A stretch of DNA of 64,000 bases, from NCBI GenBank assembly GCA_965153285.1, contig OZ229116.1, one strand, 5' to 3'. The notes beneath the pieces were generated by a model. It searched no databases and was not told the DNA's origin. It was given only the letters and a program-made list of their open reading frames with translations. This document shows, one piece after another, positions 53,161-64,000 of this stretch. A program made the translations under genes and the position numbers. This DNA is from Podarcis tiliguerta. Its lineage: Eukaryota. Every line of letters starts with the position of its first letter. Within the stretch, counting starts at the first letter, position 1.

Positions 53161-53232
53161 CTGCAGCCAGCGGTCGTCTCCTTGATAGTATTCGCAAATG
53201 GTATTACAGTGCAGCTGGATTCAACAAAATTG
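53161..53232 (+). CDS. UQCRB: UQCRB exon 2 (72 nt)
   Basis: AASGRLLDSIRKWYYSAAGFNKI(G); TTCCAG/GTAGG. Confidence 0.95.
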
Positions 53233-53906
53233 GTAGGTGTTGGAAGCCCTTTACTGTTGAAGTTGTTTGGTTTGGAACCTAAGAAGAGTCTGTTTGTTGT
53301 GGGGGGAGAATTATCTTGCATTTTGTCCACTTTCTGCTAGTATCTTTCTTTGGATTCTTCTTCTTGGTGTTGTGACTGAGTGTGTTAATTTTTATTATCC
53401 ACATCTGGTTTTTTGCAGAAAAGAAATGGGACAGTTTTAAATAAATCTGGGTAAACCAGTGGCCTTTGAGAATACAAAAGTTGGCTGTCCCTGTTTTCGA
53501 TCACAAACAATAGTAAAATATATATCAAAATCTAACACAGGTGTGGGTGGTTTAGGTTTGTCAGTTGACCAACCAGATGTTGTCGTATAATCATGATAAA
53601 AAGTGCCAAATATTCCAGTTTATGTTGGTGGAACTTTAGCTTCTTATTTCCTTATGGTAAAATTTGTTAGCTGTTACAGGAACAAGGCTGCTTGCTTCCA
53701 AGCCCTACAATAGCCTGGCCTAAACCTAACTTGGTAGCAAAGTTTGTCCTGCTTGCTACCTACTATAATTGTCAGTATCCCCAAAGAAGAAGAGGAACAC
53801 AAGTAAACAGTAGCAAAAGTCATTGCTTAGTACTACCCAAGACCTTAGCATCTTTGGTTATCCCCTCCCTGTGAACTGATTGCCTTCTCTGTAAACTGGA
53901 TTTTGA

Positions 53907-53951
<45 letters not shown>

Positions 53952-54014
53952 TTTATTATTTATACCCTGCCCATCTGGCTGGGTTTCCCCAGCCACTCTG
54001 GGCAACTTACAACA
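53907..54014 (-). mobile_element. LINE/SINE 3' tail with (AAT)15 microsatellite
   Basis: Minus strand CCAGAGTGGCTGGGGAAACCCAGCCAGATGGGCAGGGTATAAATAATAAAATT(ATT)n; same tail at 34835-34891 and 19494-19570. Confidence 0.7.
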
Positions 54015-54579
54015 CATGATGATGATAAAAAAAAATATTATTTATACCCGATACATGGTTGCCTAAAAATCTATGAAAGTTAATTTCATTGGGTTTCAAG
54101 TATCAGCTACCTAATTTGTAACTAGCATGAGTAATAAAAACTACTGATGACTGGCAAAGCACTTCTGACAGGTGTTAGGGGGTGGGGGTGCTGCTGAAAG
54201 TGCAGCAAGGGCACATGCTGCTGCCAGCTATATTCTTGCCTGCAATAGCCTATGTATGGCTTCAGAATGGTCTGGAGCAGGTCGAGCTATCATTTCTTGG
54301 TTAGCGGCCTGACTTGGGTGTATATTTACTGCTTTGGAGTCTGCAGCTTTATCAGTGGGATGTTCTGTGAGTTATGGACATTCATCTAAAATACATGTTT
54401 CCAGGCACCTGGAGATAATAAGCTGCTAAAAAATAATTTCTAGAGCTAGTGAAGAGAGATGCCATTGGTCTTGGTACTCCTACCCAAAAAAAAGTTTTGT
54501 TCGGGTTTTTTTTTAAAAAAAACTCTACTGATGTTCAGCTGTCATTTGTGTTAACATGAGAAACATCTTTCTGCTACAG

Positions 54580-54746
54580 GACTTATGCGAGATGATACAG
54601 TGTATGAAAATGAAGATGTGAAAGAAGCGATAAAGAGACTTCCTGAAGATGTACGTAATGAGAGATTATTTCGCATCAAGAGAGCGTTGGACTTGTCCAT
54701 GAGGCAACAAATACTTCCGAAAGAACAGTGGATAAAATATGAAGAG
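54580..54746 (+). CDS. UQCRB: UQCRB exon 3 (167 nt)
   Basis: [55 protein letters not shown]. Confidence 0.97.
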
Positions 54747-54942
54747 GTATGGTTGCATACCCATATAATAAGAGTCAACCCAGTTTTCTAGGGAAGGCTG
54801 GTTGTAAGCCAACATAAATATTATGTTCAGCATAAATATTATGTTCTCACATTAATAGGAGTTTCCTGGAAATCTTTGTATCAAATCTTCCAGTGCCCTA
54901 AAGACTCAATTAGGATGTAGCTTAGCATATTCAATTAAGTAT

Positions 54943-55205
54943 AAGGTAAAGGTAAAGGGATCCCTGACCTCTAGGTCCAGTCGTGACCGACTCTGGGGTT
55001 GTGGTGCTCATCTTGCTTTATTGGTGGAGGGAGCCGGCGTACAGTTTCCGGGTCATGTGGCCAGCATGACTAAGCCGCTTCTGGCGAACCAGAGCAGCAC
55101 ACGGAAACGCCGTTTACCTTCCCGCAGGAGCAGCATCTATTTATCTACTTGCACTTTGACGTGCTTTTGAACTGCTAGGTTGGCAGGAGCAGGGACCAAG
55201 CAACG
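54943..55205 (-). mobile_element. Sauria SINE, 5'-truncated
   Basis: Tail and core homologous to other copies; tRNA-like head missing. Confidence 0.88.
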
Positions 55206-55722
55206 TAATTAACACTTTGGTTTATAAGTAGGTGTGTGTGAGAGAGAGAATTATACATGCATACTTCCTGAGAATAAATACATGAAAAGAGTTAATTATA
55301 ATTTGAAACTGCCCAATTTTGCTGGTATAGCCATTCATTGTAACTAACTATGAAATGATGCATTTTTTAGAAATGGAAACCTTTCCACAGAAAAAGTGTA
55401 GTAGTAGGAAATTTTCCATCCCGCATCATTGTTTCCTTGTCAGACAACATAAGATACTGGATTTATCCAAACTAAGTCATGATTTAGTCCCATTGAAATC
55501 AAATAAGTTATTTATCATGAATTACGTCCCATTGATTTCCGTTGTATTAAAACATGACTGACTTAAGTATGACTTTAAACCACTGAAAGGTGTCTGGAAT
55601 GTTCATGGCTCAATTCAAAACTTGAGGGGAATAGAACTTGCAGAAAACCTACTCTGTGATTCTTCAGCAAAAACATGGCTGGGAGGAGGAGATAAGGGAA
55701 CACTCACACTTTTCACTCACAG

Positions 55723-56087
55723 TAAAGGTGAAGGGACCCCTGACCATTAGGTCCAGTCATGACCGACTCTGGGGTTGCGGCGCTCATCTCGCTTTATTGG
55801 CCAAGGGAGCTGGCGTTTGTCTGCAGACAGCTTCTGGGTCATGTGGCCAGCATGACTAAGCCACTTCTGGTGAACCAGAGCAGCACACGGAAACACTGTT
55901 TACCTTCCTGCCGGAGCGGTACCTATTTATCTGCTTGCACTTTGACGTCCTTTCGAACTGCTAGGTTGGCAGAAGCTGAGACCGAACAACGGGAGCTCAC
56001 CCCATCGCGGGGATTCGAACCGCCAACCTTCTGATCGGCAAGTCCTAGGCTCTGTGGTTTAACCCACAGTGCCACCCATGTCCCTTA
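55723..56087 (-). mobile_element. Sauria SINE, full length
   Basis: 12-bp TSD TTTCACTCACAG at 55711-55722 and 56088-56099. Confidence 0.92.
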
Positions 56088-56875
56088 TTTCACTCACAGC
56101 ACATGAGTGGAAATGGGCTCTGTGAGCAGTTTGCCAAAAGACCCAACAGATCTAGATCACAGCCAGAAACTTGCATGTGATCGTGATAACTGAATGCATC
56201 TTCGAACATAATGTGGTTGGGGCAACTTATCTATAGAAATCAAGTCTTCCCTCCTGATCACGTCTTGCTTTGGGAGGATATATTTGCCTCATTATTAATC
56301 TGCTGTTTGTCAGGTTTGGTGCAGTAAAACCTAATTTTATGAAACTTAATAGTGCATAAACCTTCAGGTACTTTATACATGACTTGTAGTATTATCTACC
56401 TTGAGTCTTGTAGGAGGGGTTATAATTCTATCTCCATATATTTTTTTAAAAATGGTTCTCTGTTCTGCCATAGTTGAGCATGATCAAAATATAGAATCCA
56501 AGGGCAGTGTTGTGTAGAGAAGGTCAAGCTTTGTCATAATCTGCTCCATAAGAATATGTAAAACAAAGTAAGATAGTTGTAATATAGATCAGAGTTGTTA
56601 ACGGACAAAATCTTTTCACACCAGGCACTGGGATCACCAGGGTTAAAGGGCAATGCTTGCCTCAGACAGTCTTTCATCCCATACCAGTGATGCCACCCAT
56701 TATTTATATAAGAAAAAGTTTTTTAAAAAAAATCACATATGGGGCAAAGTTGCAGTGTAACCAAAACCTTTAATGTCACATAGCCTATCCACCAACAGCT
56801 TGACCTGCAGCTTGGGCATGCTTTTACAGAGGAGAAGACAGTGAAATGGAGATCATTGCTGGCTAACAACTAGTA

Positions 56876-57354
56876 CAGTGGTAAAGGTAAAGGTACCCCT
56901 GCCCGTACGGGCCAGTCTTGCCTGGCTCTAGGGTTGTGCGCTCATCTCACTCTATAGGCCCGGAGCCAGCACTGTCCGCAGACACTTCCGGCTCACGTGG
57001 CCAGCGTGACAAGCTGCATCTGGCTAGCCAGCGCAGCACACGGAACGCCGTTTACCTTCCCGCTGGTAAGCGGTCCCTATTTATCTACTTGCACCCGGGG
57101 GTGCTTTCGAACTGCTAGGTTGGCAGGCGCTGGGACCGAACGACGGGAGCGCACCCCACCGTGGGGATTCGAACCGCCGAACATGTGATCGGCAAGTCCT
57201 AGGCGCTGAGGTTTTACCCACAGCGCCACCCGCGTCCCTGCCACGCCGCTGCCATTTTCTGTTCTCATCCTGAAGCAAAGTTCTTAACCCGAGGTATTAT
57301 TTCTGGGTTAGCGGAGTGTGTAACCTGAAGCGTCTGTAACCCGAGGTACCGCTG
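56876..57354. mobile_element. MITE family B copy interrupted by a SINE
   Basis: TA+CAGTGGTA at 56874-56883; sequence resumes about 57239 and ends AACCCGAGGTACCGCTG+TA. Confidence 0.8.
56884..57238 (-). mobile_element. Sauria SINE nested in a MITE, no TSD
   Basis: Near-identical to the 49626-49974 copy; flanked by MITE left end and MITE internal sequence. Confidence 0.9.
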
Positions 57355-57356
57355 TA

Positions 57357-57586
57357 CAATACAATACCTCAGGTTACATACGCTTCAGGTTACATACGCT
57401 TCAGGTTACACACTCCGCTAACCCAGAAATAATACCTCGGGTTAAGAACTTTGCTTCAGGATGAGAACAGAAATCGCACAGCAGCGGGAGCCCCCATTAG
57501 CTAAAGTGGTGCTTCAGGTTAAGAACAGTTTCAGGTTAAGAATGGACCTCTGGAACGAATTAAGTACGTAACCAGAGGTACCACTG
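57357..57586. mobile_element. MITE family B copy, inverted, tail-to-tail with previous copy
   Basis: Reverse complement of the 63476-63701 element; ends GAGGTACCACTG+TA. Confidence 0.88.
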
Positions 57587-58152
57587 TACTGAGTGAAAGA
57601 TGTCTAGAGGTGTATCAGTGTTACTTGCAAATTTAGCTGCAGCAAACACAAATCCAGTAGCAACTTAAAAACTAATAAGTATTATGGCATAAGCCTTCAT
57701 GAACTAGTCTTCTAGTCAATGGAAATTTGTGCTATGATAAATTTGTTAGAGTCAGTAGCACCCTCAAAGCTCTTGATTTTTGGTGGTGAAAAATTTCTTA
57801 ACAGGCGCTTGACTTATTTCAGGGCTTAACTGTAAACATGTTTAAATGCAAGACTCAAAAGTTAGACTGATTCTGTATGACAGTTTCAGTAACCAATAAG
57901 ATGTTTCATAGGGCAGATGCATATACTAATCACACAAATTTAGGGAAATAACTCTACAAGTAATAATTGTAGCAGGAAAGGCCAGTTGATGAATTATGGA
58001 TTAAGCATTTTAAATTTAGGTCTGCCTGCTCTGTTCCTAAAATGGTGGTGAAGTATCAGATAATCCATGTTACTGTTGATGCTGCTCTTACAAAAAGATG
58101 CCAGTATGAAATGTCCAGTATCCTTAACTATCTCTCTTTTCTTTTTTTTTAG

Positions 58153-58230
58153 GACAAACATTATCTTGAGCCATATCTGAAAGAAGTCATCCGTGAAAGA
58201 CTTGAAAGAGAAGAGTGGGAAAAGAAATAG
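58153..58230 (+). CDS. UQCRB: UQCRB exon 4 (78 nt incl. TAG); total 111 aa
   Basis: DKHYLEPYLKEVIRERLEREEWEKK*; long polypyrimidine tract + TAG acceptor. Confidence 0.97.
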   Translation, partial: DKHYLEPYLKEVIRERLEREEWEKK

Positions 58231-58371
58231 CTGCTGCTGCTGCAATGCACTTCAGAAAAATGTTTTCTTTTAAGTTTTAAATTATTTTGTTCAGGTAGGG
58301 GTCTACTGAGAAAATCTGGGTGTGGAGAAATCTCATGTAAATCTTTCCTCACTTAATATTCATCCACCTAA

Positions 58372-58377
58372 AATAAA
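58372..58377 (+). terminator. UQCRB proximal poly(A) signal (a second AATAAA at 58789-58794)
   Basis: AATAAA about 140 nt after the stop codon. Confidence 0.6.
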
Positions 58378-58984
58378 CATTACCAAATCTACTTGGAATC
58401 CTTTCTCCTAAATTGCAAGGAATTGGTTCAAGTCTTTTCAGCTTCATTGCATACGAACATGGTGATCTGTGATCTTCATTCCAGCTGTTTGAGTAATTCT
58501 TTTTGTCATAATACAGATGTTTCCTGCAGCTGGATGGGTAGATAAGCAACAACCTTTGCTGTTTGTTTCTGTTCTTCTGATTCATTTCTTAAAAGGGATG
58601 CCCATCTGCAGAATGACTATATAGCCATCATCGCCTCTTGTCTCTGGAGGTGGGAATGCAGACACACTTAAGTATTCAGCAGCAGCAACACTAGATAGGG
58701 ATTACGTAATCCCTATCGTGTCTACCCAAACAAATGAAACGCTGCATTAATAGATGCTTTTGGAATTTGTGTTTCTTGCCAATCTTTAAATAAAAGCAAT
58801 TGCCTCATTTAACCTGAATTAGTCACTTGGATTTATTTGCTGAATTACTAAGGCATACCTAGTATACTTTAGCCACGCTGAATTACTAAAGTATACAGTC
58901 CTGAGCACACTTCTGGAGTAAAAGTTCCTTCAATACTCTACATATGGAGACACGTATACCACCTTACCACCTGCTAAATGTAGC

Positions 58985-59576
58985 CAGGGCCGGATTTACG
59001 TTTGATGAGGCCCTAGGCTACCGAAGGTAATGGGGCCCTTTATATGTCCAGCTGTTCTTTGTCAACAACAAATTGTCGCTGTTTTTTGTGTTGAATATAT
59101 GCTATATGGTAATTGCAAGTAGATAAATAGGTACCGCTCCGGTGGGAAGGTAAACGGTGTTTCCGTGCGCTGCTCTGGTTCGCCAGAAGCGGCTTAGTCA
59201 TGCTGGCCACATGACCCAGAAGCTGTCTGCAGACAAACACCGGCTCCGTCGGCCTGTAGAATGAGATGAGTGCCGCAACCCCAGAGTCGTCCATGACTGG
59301 ACCTAATGGTCGGGGGGTACCTTTACCTTTACCTAATTTATATGAACAAACCAGTGATATTTTAGGGTGCAAACTAGCAGGTGGGGCCCATTACTTGCAT
59401 CATAGGAGCCAACACAAAACACTGTTGCTGTATGTAGGCTTTATTTTATTTTATTTTTTATCTTATATTTTGGAAATGTACATCCAGTGTTTTTTCCTTT
59501 AAATTTTTTTGGGGGCCCCCAAAAGAGTGGGGCCCTAAGCTATAGCTTATTTAGCTTATACGTAAATCCGGCACTG
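58985..59576. mobile_element. hAT non-autonomous element hosting a SINE
   Basis: TIR CAG(G/T)GCCGGATTTACGT; TSD AATGTAGC/GATGTAGC; GGGGCCC subterminal motifs. Confidence 0.88.
59115..59333 (+). mobile_element. Sauria SINE 3' half nested in a hAT element
   Basis: Ends ACCTTTACCTTTACC; short TAATT duplication at 59110-59114 and 59334-59338. Confidence 0.88.
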
Positions 59577-59777
59577 GATGTAGCCCTTGTGTTGTGGCTT
59601 CTTTACCACGGCCTTTGATACTTGATATGTATATCAAACTTTAGTTGTGATTGTAATGTGTTTTAAACTGTTTTAATGCTGTGTTTTATATTGCTGTAAC
59701 CTGCCCGTGGACCTTCCGGTGATGGGCAGAAAATAAATAATATTTATTTGTTCTCTCATATTATATATATGCACACA

Positions 59778-59926
59778 CAGTGCTTTTTTTCTGGGGGGAC
59801 GCAGGGGTATGCATACCCCTAAACATTTTGTGAATTTAAGTTTGGCCTCATTGAGGAGCAGTATTTCAATATGAGTAGGAAAATGAGAGTACCCCTAAAC
59901 ATTTTTTTAAAGAAAAAAAAGCACTG
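59778..59926. mobile_element. Short hAT-like MITE
   Basis: TIR CAGTGCTTTTTTT; internal direct repeat TACCCCTAAACATTTT; degenerate 8-bp TSD (6/8). Confidence 0.7.
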
Positions 59927-61605
59927 TACACACGCACACACACGTGCAATAGTTCATAAACTATTTTGTATTATATAACTGCTTTTTCTATAAACTACAG
60001 GAAAGCACTTTTATCCTTTGGAGAATCAGATTGCTAGTGTGAAATAAAGAAGTATGAGGTTTGTGATCGCTGAGCTGCAGGTGGCCCCTGGGGCTCATAG
60101 ATCTGTCAAAGAGCAAGTGAACTGAGTCCTCCCTTCAGATGCTACAGCAAAAGCTGGCAAAGCAGAGGTACAAGCGACTAATGAGGCTCTCCTTGCTTCT
60201 TGATTATGCACAAATGTGCTCTGTGGTGCAAGCTGGCTGTTGTCGACGTCTCCAGTTCCCCATCTGTTGATTACTTTCATAAGATCTACATGCCTCCGTG
60301 TGCTGAATACAAAATTAATCTACCCAGATTCTCTTTTAAAAGGCATACCGTTTTCCAAGACTAGAAGTACACATAATCTGGCTATGTTTTGAAAGTATTT
60401 AAGAATACAGAGTAACTCATCAACATAGCAGTTACAGAGTAACTGTAGCAAAATGTTTCAAGAGTTAGAAGAAACTAATTCTAATTCACCTAATGGTCCA
60501 ATTTTATGCCTTAAAAACAGGAGCATCTGAAGATGCTGCATTTGCAATTCCTAGGTAAAGTTTGTCCCCTACCAGCAGCGGGCAGTTCAAGGGCTTCCCC
60601 AATTCCAATTCCTTTCTGTAGTGAACTGCTTTTCTGTCCTCAGCACAGAAAGAAAAAACTTCTAAATGAAGAGGACAGAATTCTGTTGAATTACAAAATT
60701 GCTGTAAAGTGGAAGATTTACCCCCCAGAAAGGCCCCTTAAGGGAAATCTTACTAAGTGCAGCACCATATACCCCATTGTCTTAATCTGGTGAGGCATAA
60801 TGGGAGCAATTGAATAAAACTTGCAGAAGATAATTTGTGGGTTTATTTAATTCTTTCTTGAAAGACTGTGGCCGAAACTGAATTCAAAGGTAGCAGCACT
60901 TTACTTTGGGTGAGGCAAATTCAGACAAAGTGTATAAAGAGATCTAGAGCAAAGAATGGTTGGGAAGAAAAAGGGGTCTCAACCCTTTCAGAATGTAAGA
61001 AGAGTCTCCTGGGTTAGCTCAATGACTCATCTAGTCCAGCATCTTAGTCTCTCAATGCCCGACCAGATTCCTATGGGAAGTCTGAAAGCAGGACCTGAGC
61101 TCCCTTCCCTCTGCTTTGCCACCAGTTTTCTCTCTTGGCAGGGGTTATTTTAGCACAGGTGTAGCCAGCCTGGTGCCATCCAGATATTGTTTAAATCAAA
61201 TTCCCATAATCCCTGACTAGTGACTATACTGACTTGGGCTGATAGGAATCCCAACAACAACTGGAGGAGAAAAATAGGTGTGGTCAAGAAATTAAAAGGA
61301 TTAGTTTCCTTCCCCCCTCCCACCAAATAAATGTCTTATAATCCTGTGTGCACATGTAGTGTTCTCTAAAACTCGTTGATGGCATAGTTTTTACACCCTG
61401 ATACGCCATTATCACTTGCAGTTTTAGTCCTACCAAATGCTAGTCCTTTCTACCCTAATAAAACTAAGAAACTCTTTCCATAGACTGAATGGAAAGAGTT
61501 TGCCTTGGTTGTCTGTAATTTGCCTCTCCTTTTTAAGTGTTCCCCAGAACCACTGCTCATGCATAACTACATACATACATAAATACATACATACCTAATT
61601 GAAAT

Positions 61606-61988
61606 GGTAAAGGTAAAGGACCCCTGGACAGTTAAGTCCAGTCAAAGGCGACTATGGAGTTGCGGTGCTTGTCTCACTTTCAGGCTGAGGGAGCTGGCGT
61701 TTGTCCACAGACAGCTTTCCAGTCATGTGTCCAGCATGAATAAAACGCTACTGGCGCAGGGAGGACCGTGACGAATGCCAGAGCGCGCGGGAATGCTGTT
61801 TACCTTCCCGCCACAGCGGTACCCATTTATCTACTTGCACAGGTGTGCTTTCGAACTGCTAGGTAGGCAGGAGCTGGGACAGAGCAACAGGAGCTCACTC
61901 CATTGTGCAGATTTGAACTGCCAACCTTCTGATCGGCAAGCCCAAGAGGCTCAGTGGTTTAGACCACAGCGCCACCCATATCCCTTGT
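61606..61988 (-). mobile_element. Sauria SINE, longer variant
   Basis: 11-bp TSD CTAATTGAAAT at 61595-61605 and 61989-61999; distinct internal segment. Confidence 0.9.
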
Positions 61989-63475
61989 CTAATTGAAATA
62001 TTGAACTCTTGACTGGTGGTGATTGATCTTTGATGGCAAAGTAGATTTGACGTCAGTACATCTGTGTGCTTGAACCCATATCAGTGCCAACTGCATAAAA
62101 ACAGGGTCTGTAAAGGTAAGGAATGTTCTCTCCCTTGCCCTCCTACCCAAACTCCTTTTTGACAAATTGCTAGGAAGTACGGGAAGTTGTGGGAGAAAGG
62201 AGACTTGAGTTGGTGCCTCTTTCCCTAAAACTGACTAATGAGAGTAGATCTGAATTCAAGCACCTAAATCTGTGCAGAGCTCAAGCATTGTGTCTTTTTG
62301 AGATAGATTTCATGAGTTTGCAGTACAGAAATGAATAATAACAAAAGTGTCCTAGCAACGATTAATAATAGGGGATGGGCTGTAGACCAGCAGTAGAGCC
62401 AGTTCTTTGAATATAGCAAGGTCCAGGCTCAATCCCTGGCATGTCCAGTTAGGGCTGGGGAATTCTCTGCCTGAAACCCTGGACAGCCTCTACCTGCCAA
62501 TGTAAAAAATGCTAAGCTAGATGGATTAATGGTTTGACACTGAAGCAGCTTCCCAGGTTTCCAGAAATACTGTTAACTAAAACACATCTAAAACGGCATC
62601 GAAGCTGTTTAGCTGAATACTCAATATGTAGCCACAGATCTGTATGTTCAGTTAGATTCCCATGTCAGGAAAGTAAGTGTGAGAATTTTGCTGTTTTTTC
62701 TAGTTGTTTTGAGCAGGCACCAAAATGTGCATCAGTTCAGATAAGCAGAAAGACAAAATACTGACTGTGTTGGCTTACTAGCCTTGTGACTAATCCACCA
62801 TTCTAAGGTTTAGTAAGAACAAGAAATGCCATGTTTTGGAATGGAAACAATAAAATAGCTTAGAAGAATTCTTCACCCTGGCACTAGATGGAGTTGTGCC
62901 ATAGATCAATAAAGCACTTCTTCAATTATTCTTTTTAAAATATATATAATTTCAAGATGACAGCTTCTTAAAGGTTTATAGCCCCCAGGAGAATTTACTA
63001 CTAAGTCATGTACTGATGTAATGAAACCTAATATATGCTGTGTAAAATGAATTATGAGATACTATTTAGTTTCAGGATTTTATTACTTCAATCATTTGTA
63101 GCTGTATTTCCTTTTATATTATTGCTCAATCTTTAAACAGACCAGATGACTGTATAAAGAACACCTAATAAAATCTGGAGATGTTAAAACACAAATGTTA
63201 AATGTTCTAACATGCTTGCTGTATTTTTTTTTTTTTAAATGCTAGTTTTCCCATCACAGTGTTGAATATTTGGGAAATATAAGGGAAAAAGCTCTATGTA
63301 GATAGAAATCATGGGTTGCTGCCAGTCAGTGTAGACAATATTGGGCTAGATGGACTAGTGATATTACTCAGTATAGTAAGGCAGCTTTCTATGTTCCTGA
63401 AGTGCTCCTTTGCTGCCAGGCTAACAAGAAGTGGTTTGGGCTTGTGAGAATTGGTTTGCACTGTGCCTGATGGTA

Positions 63476-63701
63476 CAGTGGTACCTCGGGTTAAGTACTT
63501 AATTCGTTCTGGAGGTCCGTTCTTAACCTGAAACTGTTCTCAACCTGAAGCACCACTTTAGCTAATGGGGCCTCCTGCTGCCACCACACTGCCGAAGCAC
63601 AATTTCTGTTCTTATCCTGAAGCAAAGTTCTTAACCTGAAGCACTATTTCTGGGCTAGCAGAGTCTGTAACCTGAAGCGTATGTAACCCGAGGTACCACT
63701 G
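63476..63701. mobile_element. MITE family B, intact
   Basis: Perfect 18-bp TIR CAGTGGTACCTCGGGTTA; TA TSD. Confidence 0.92.
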
Positions 63702-64000
63702 TACTAGTAATAGAATTTTTAGGGGAAGGACCAACGGCTCCATGTTACTCTATATGCTCTGCATACCGATTTAGAGGACCTGGAACTGCCAGCCAAACTA
63801 GATATCAGGTATTGGGGCTAGGGATAACTTTCCTGAGATGGTGGAGAACCAATGTCATAAAGAAACTAGGATGGGGAACCTGTGGTCTTCCTGGAGCGAA
63901 ATTATAACTCCATCCCAAACCATTGGCCCATGGTAGCTGGAGCTACTAGGAACTGGTATTTTTGAGCTGCTCTGGGAGCATTTTTCTGTTTTTCTGAAAA

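Noticed and set aside
60000-64000. Additional gene or conserved enhancer 3' of UQCRB
   Set aside because: No exon-like segment recognised; conservation cannot be assessed without alignments

Overview
Vertebrate genomic DNA, most likely from a lacertid lizard (Podarcis-like, judged from abundant Sauria/Squam1-type SINEs). It holds the conserved amniote gene trio PTDSS1, MTERF3 and UQCRB. PTDSS1 is on the minus strand with coding exons 1-12 at 33788 down to 2641; I did not find the last coding exon, which probably lies left of the window. MTERF3 is on the plus strand with 7 coding exons at 36778-47734 (415 aa), head-to-head with PTDSS1 across a CpG island. UQCRB is on the plus strand with 4 exons at 51042-58230 (111 aa). 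All called exons join in frame at canonical GT-AG introns. Introns and intergenic DNA are dense with Sauria SINEs, tRNA-Lys/CR1-tail SINEs, TA-flanked Tc1/mariner/pogo MITEs, hAT MITEs with 8-bp TSDs, L2 fragments and one LTR. I found no novel protein-coding system. The most unusual structures are transposon-built: (1) an LTR plus polypurine tract bracketed by a 23-26 bp duplication; (2) inverted MITEs bracketing PTDSS1 exon 7; (3) a SINE-in-MITE deletion next to a palindrome with 78-bp perfect arms in UQCRB intron 3; (4) MITEs carrying NRF-1-like motifs; (5) a perfect 24-bp palindrome downstream of UQCRB.
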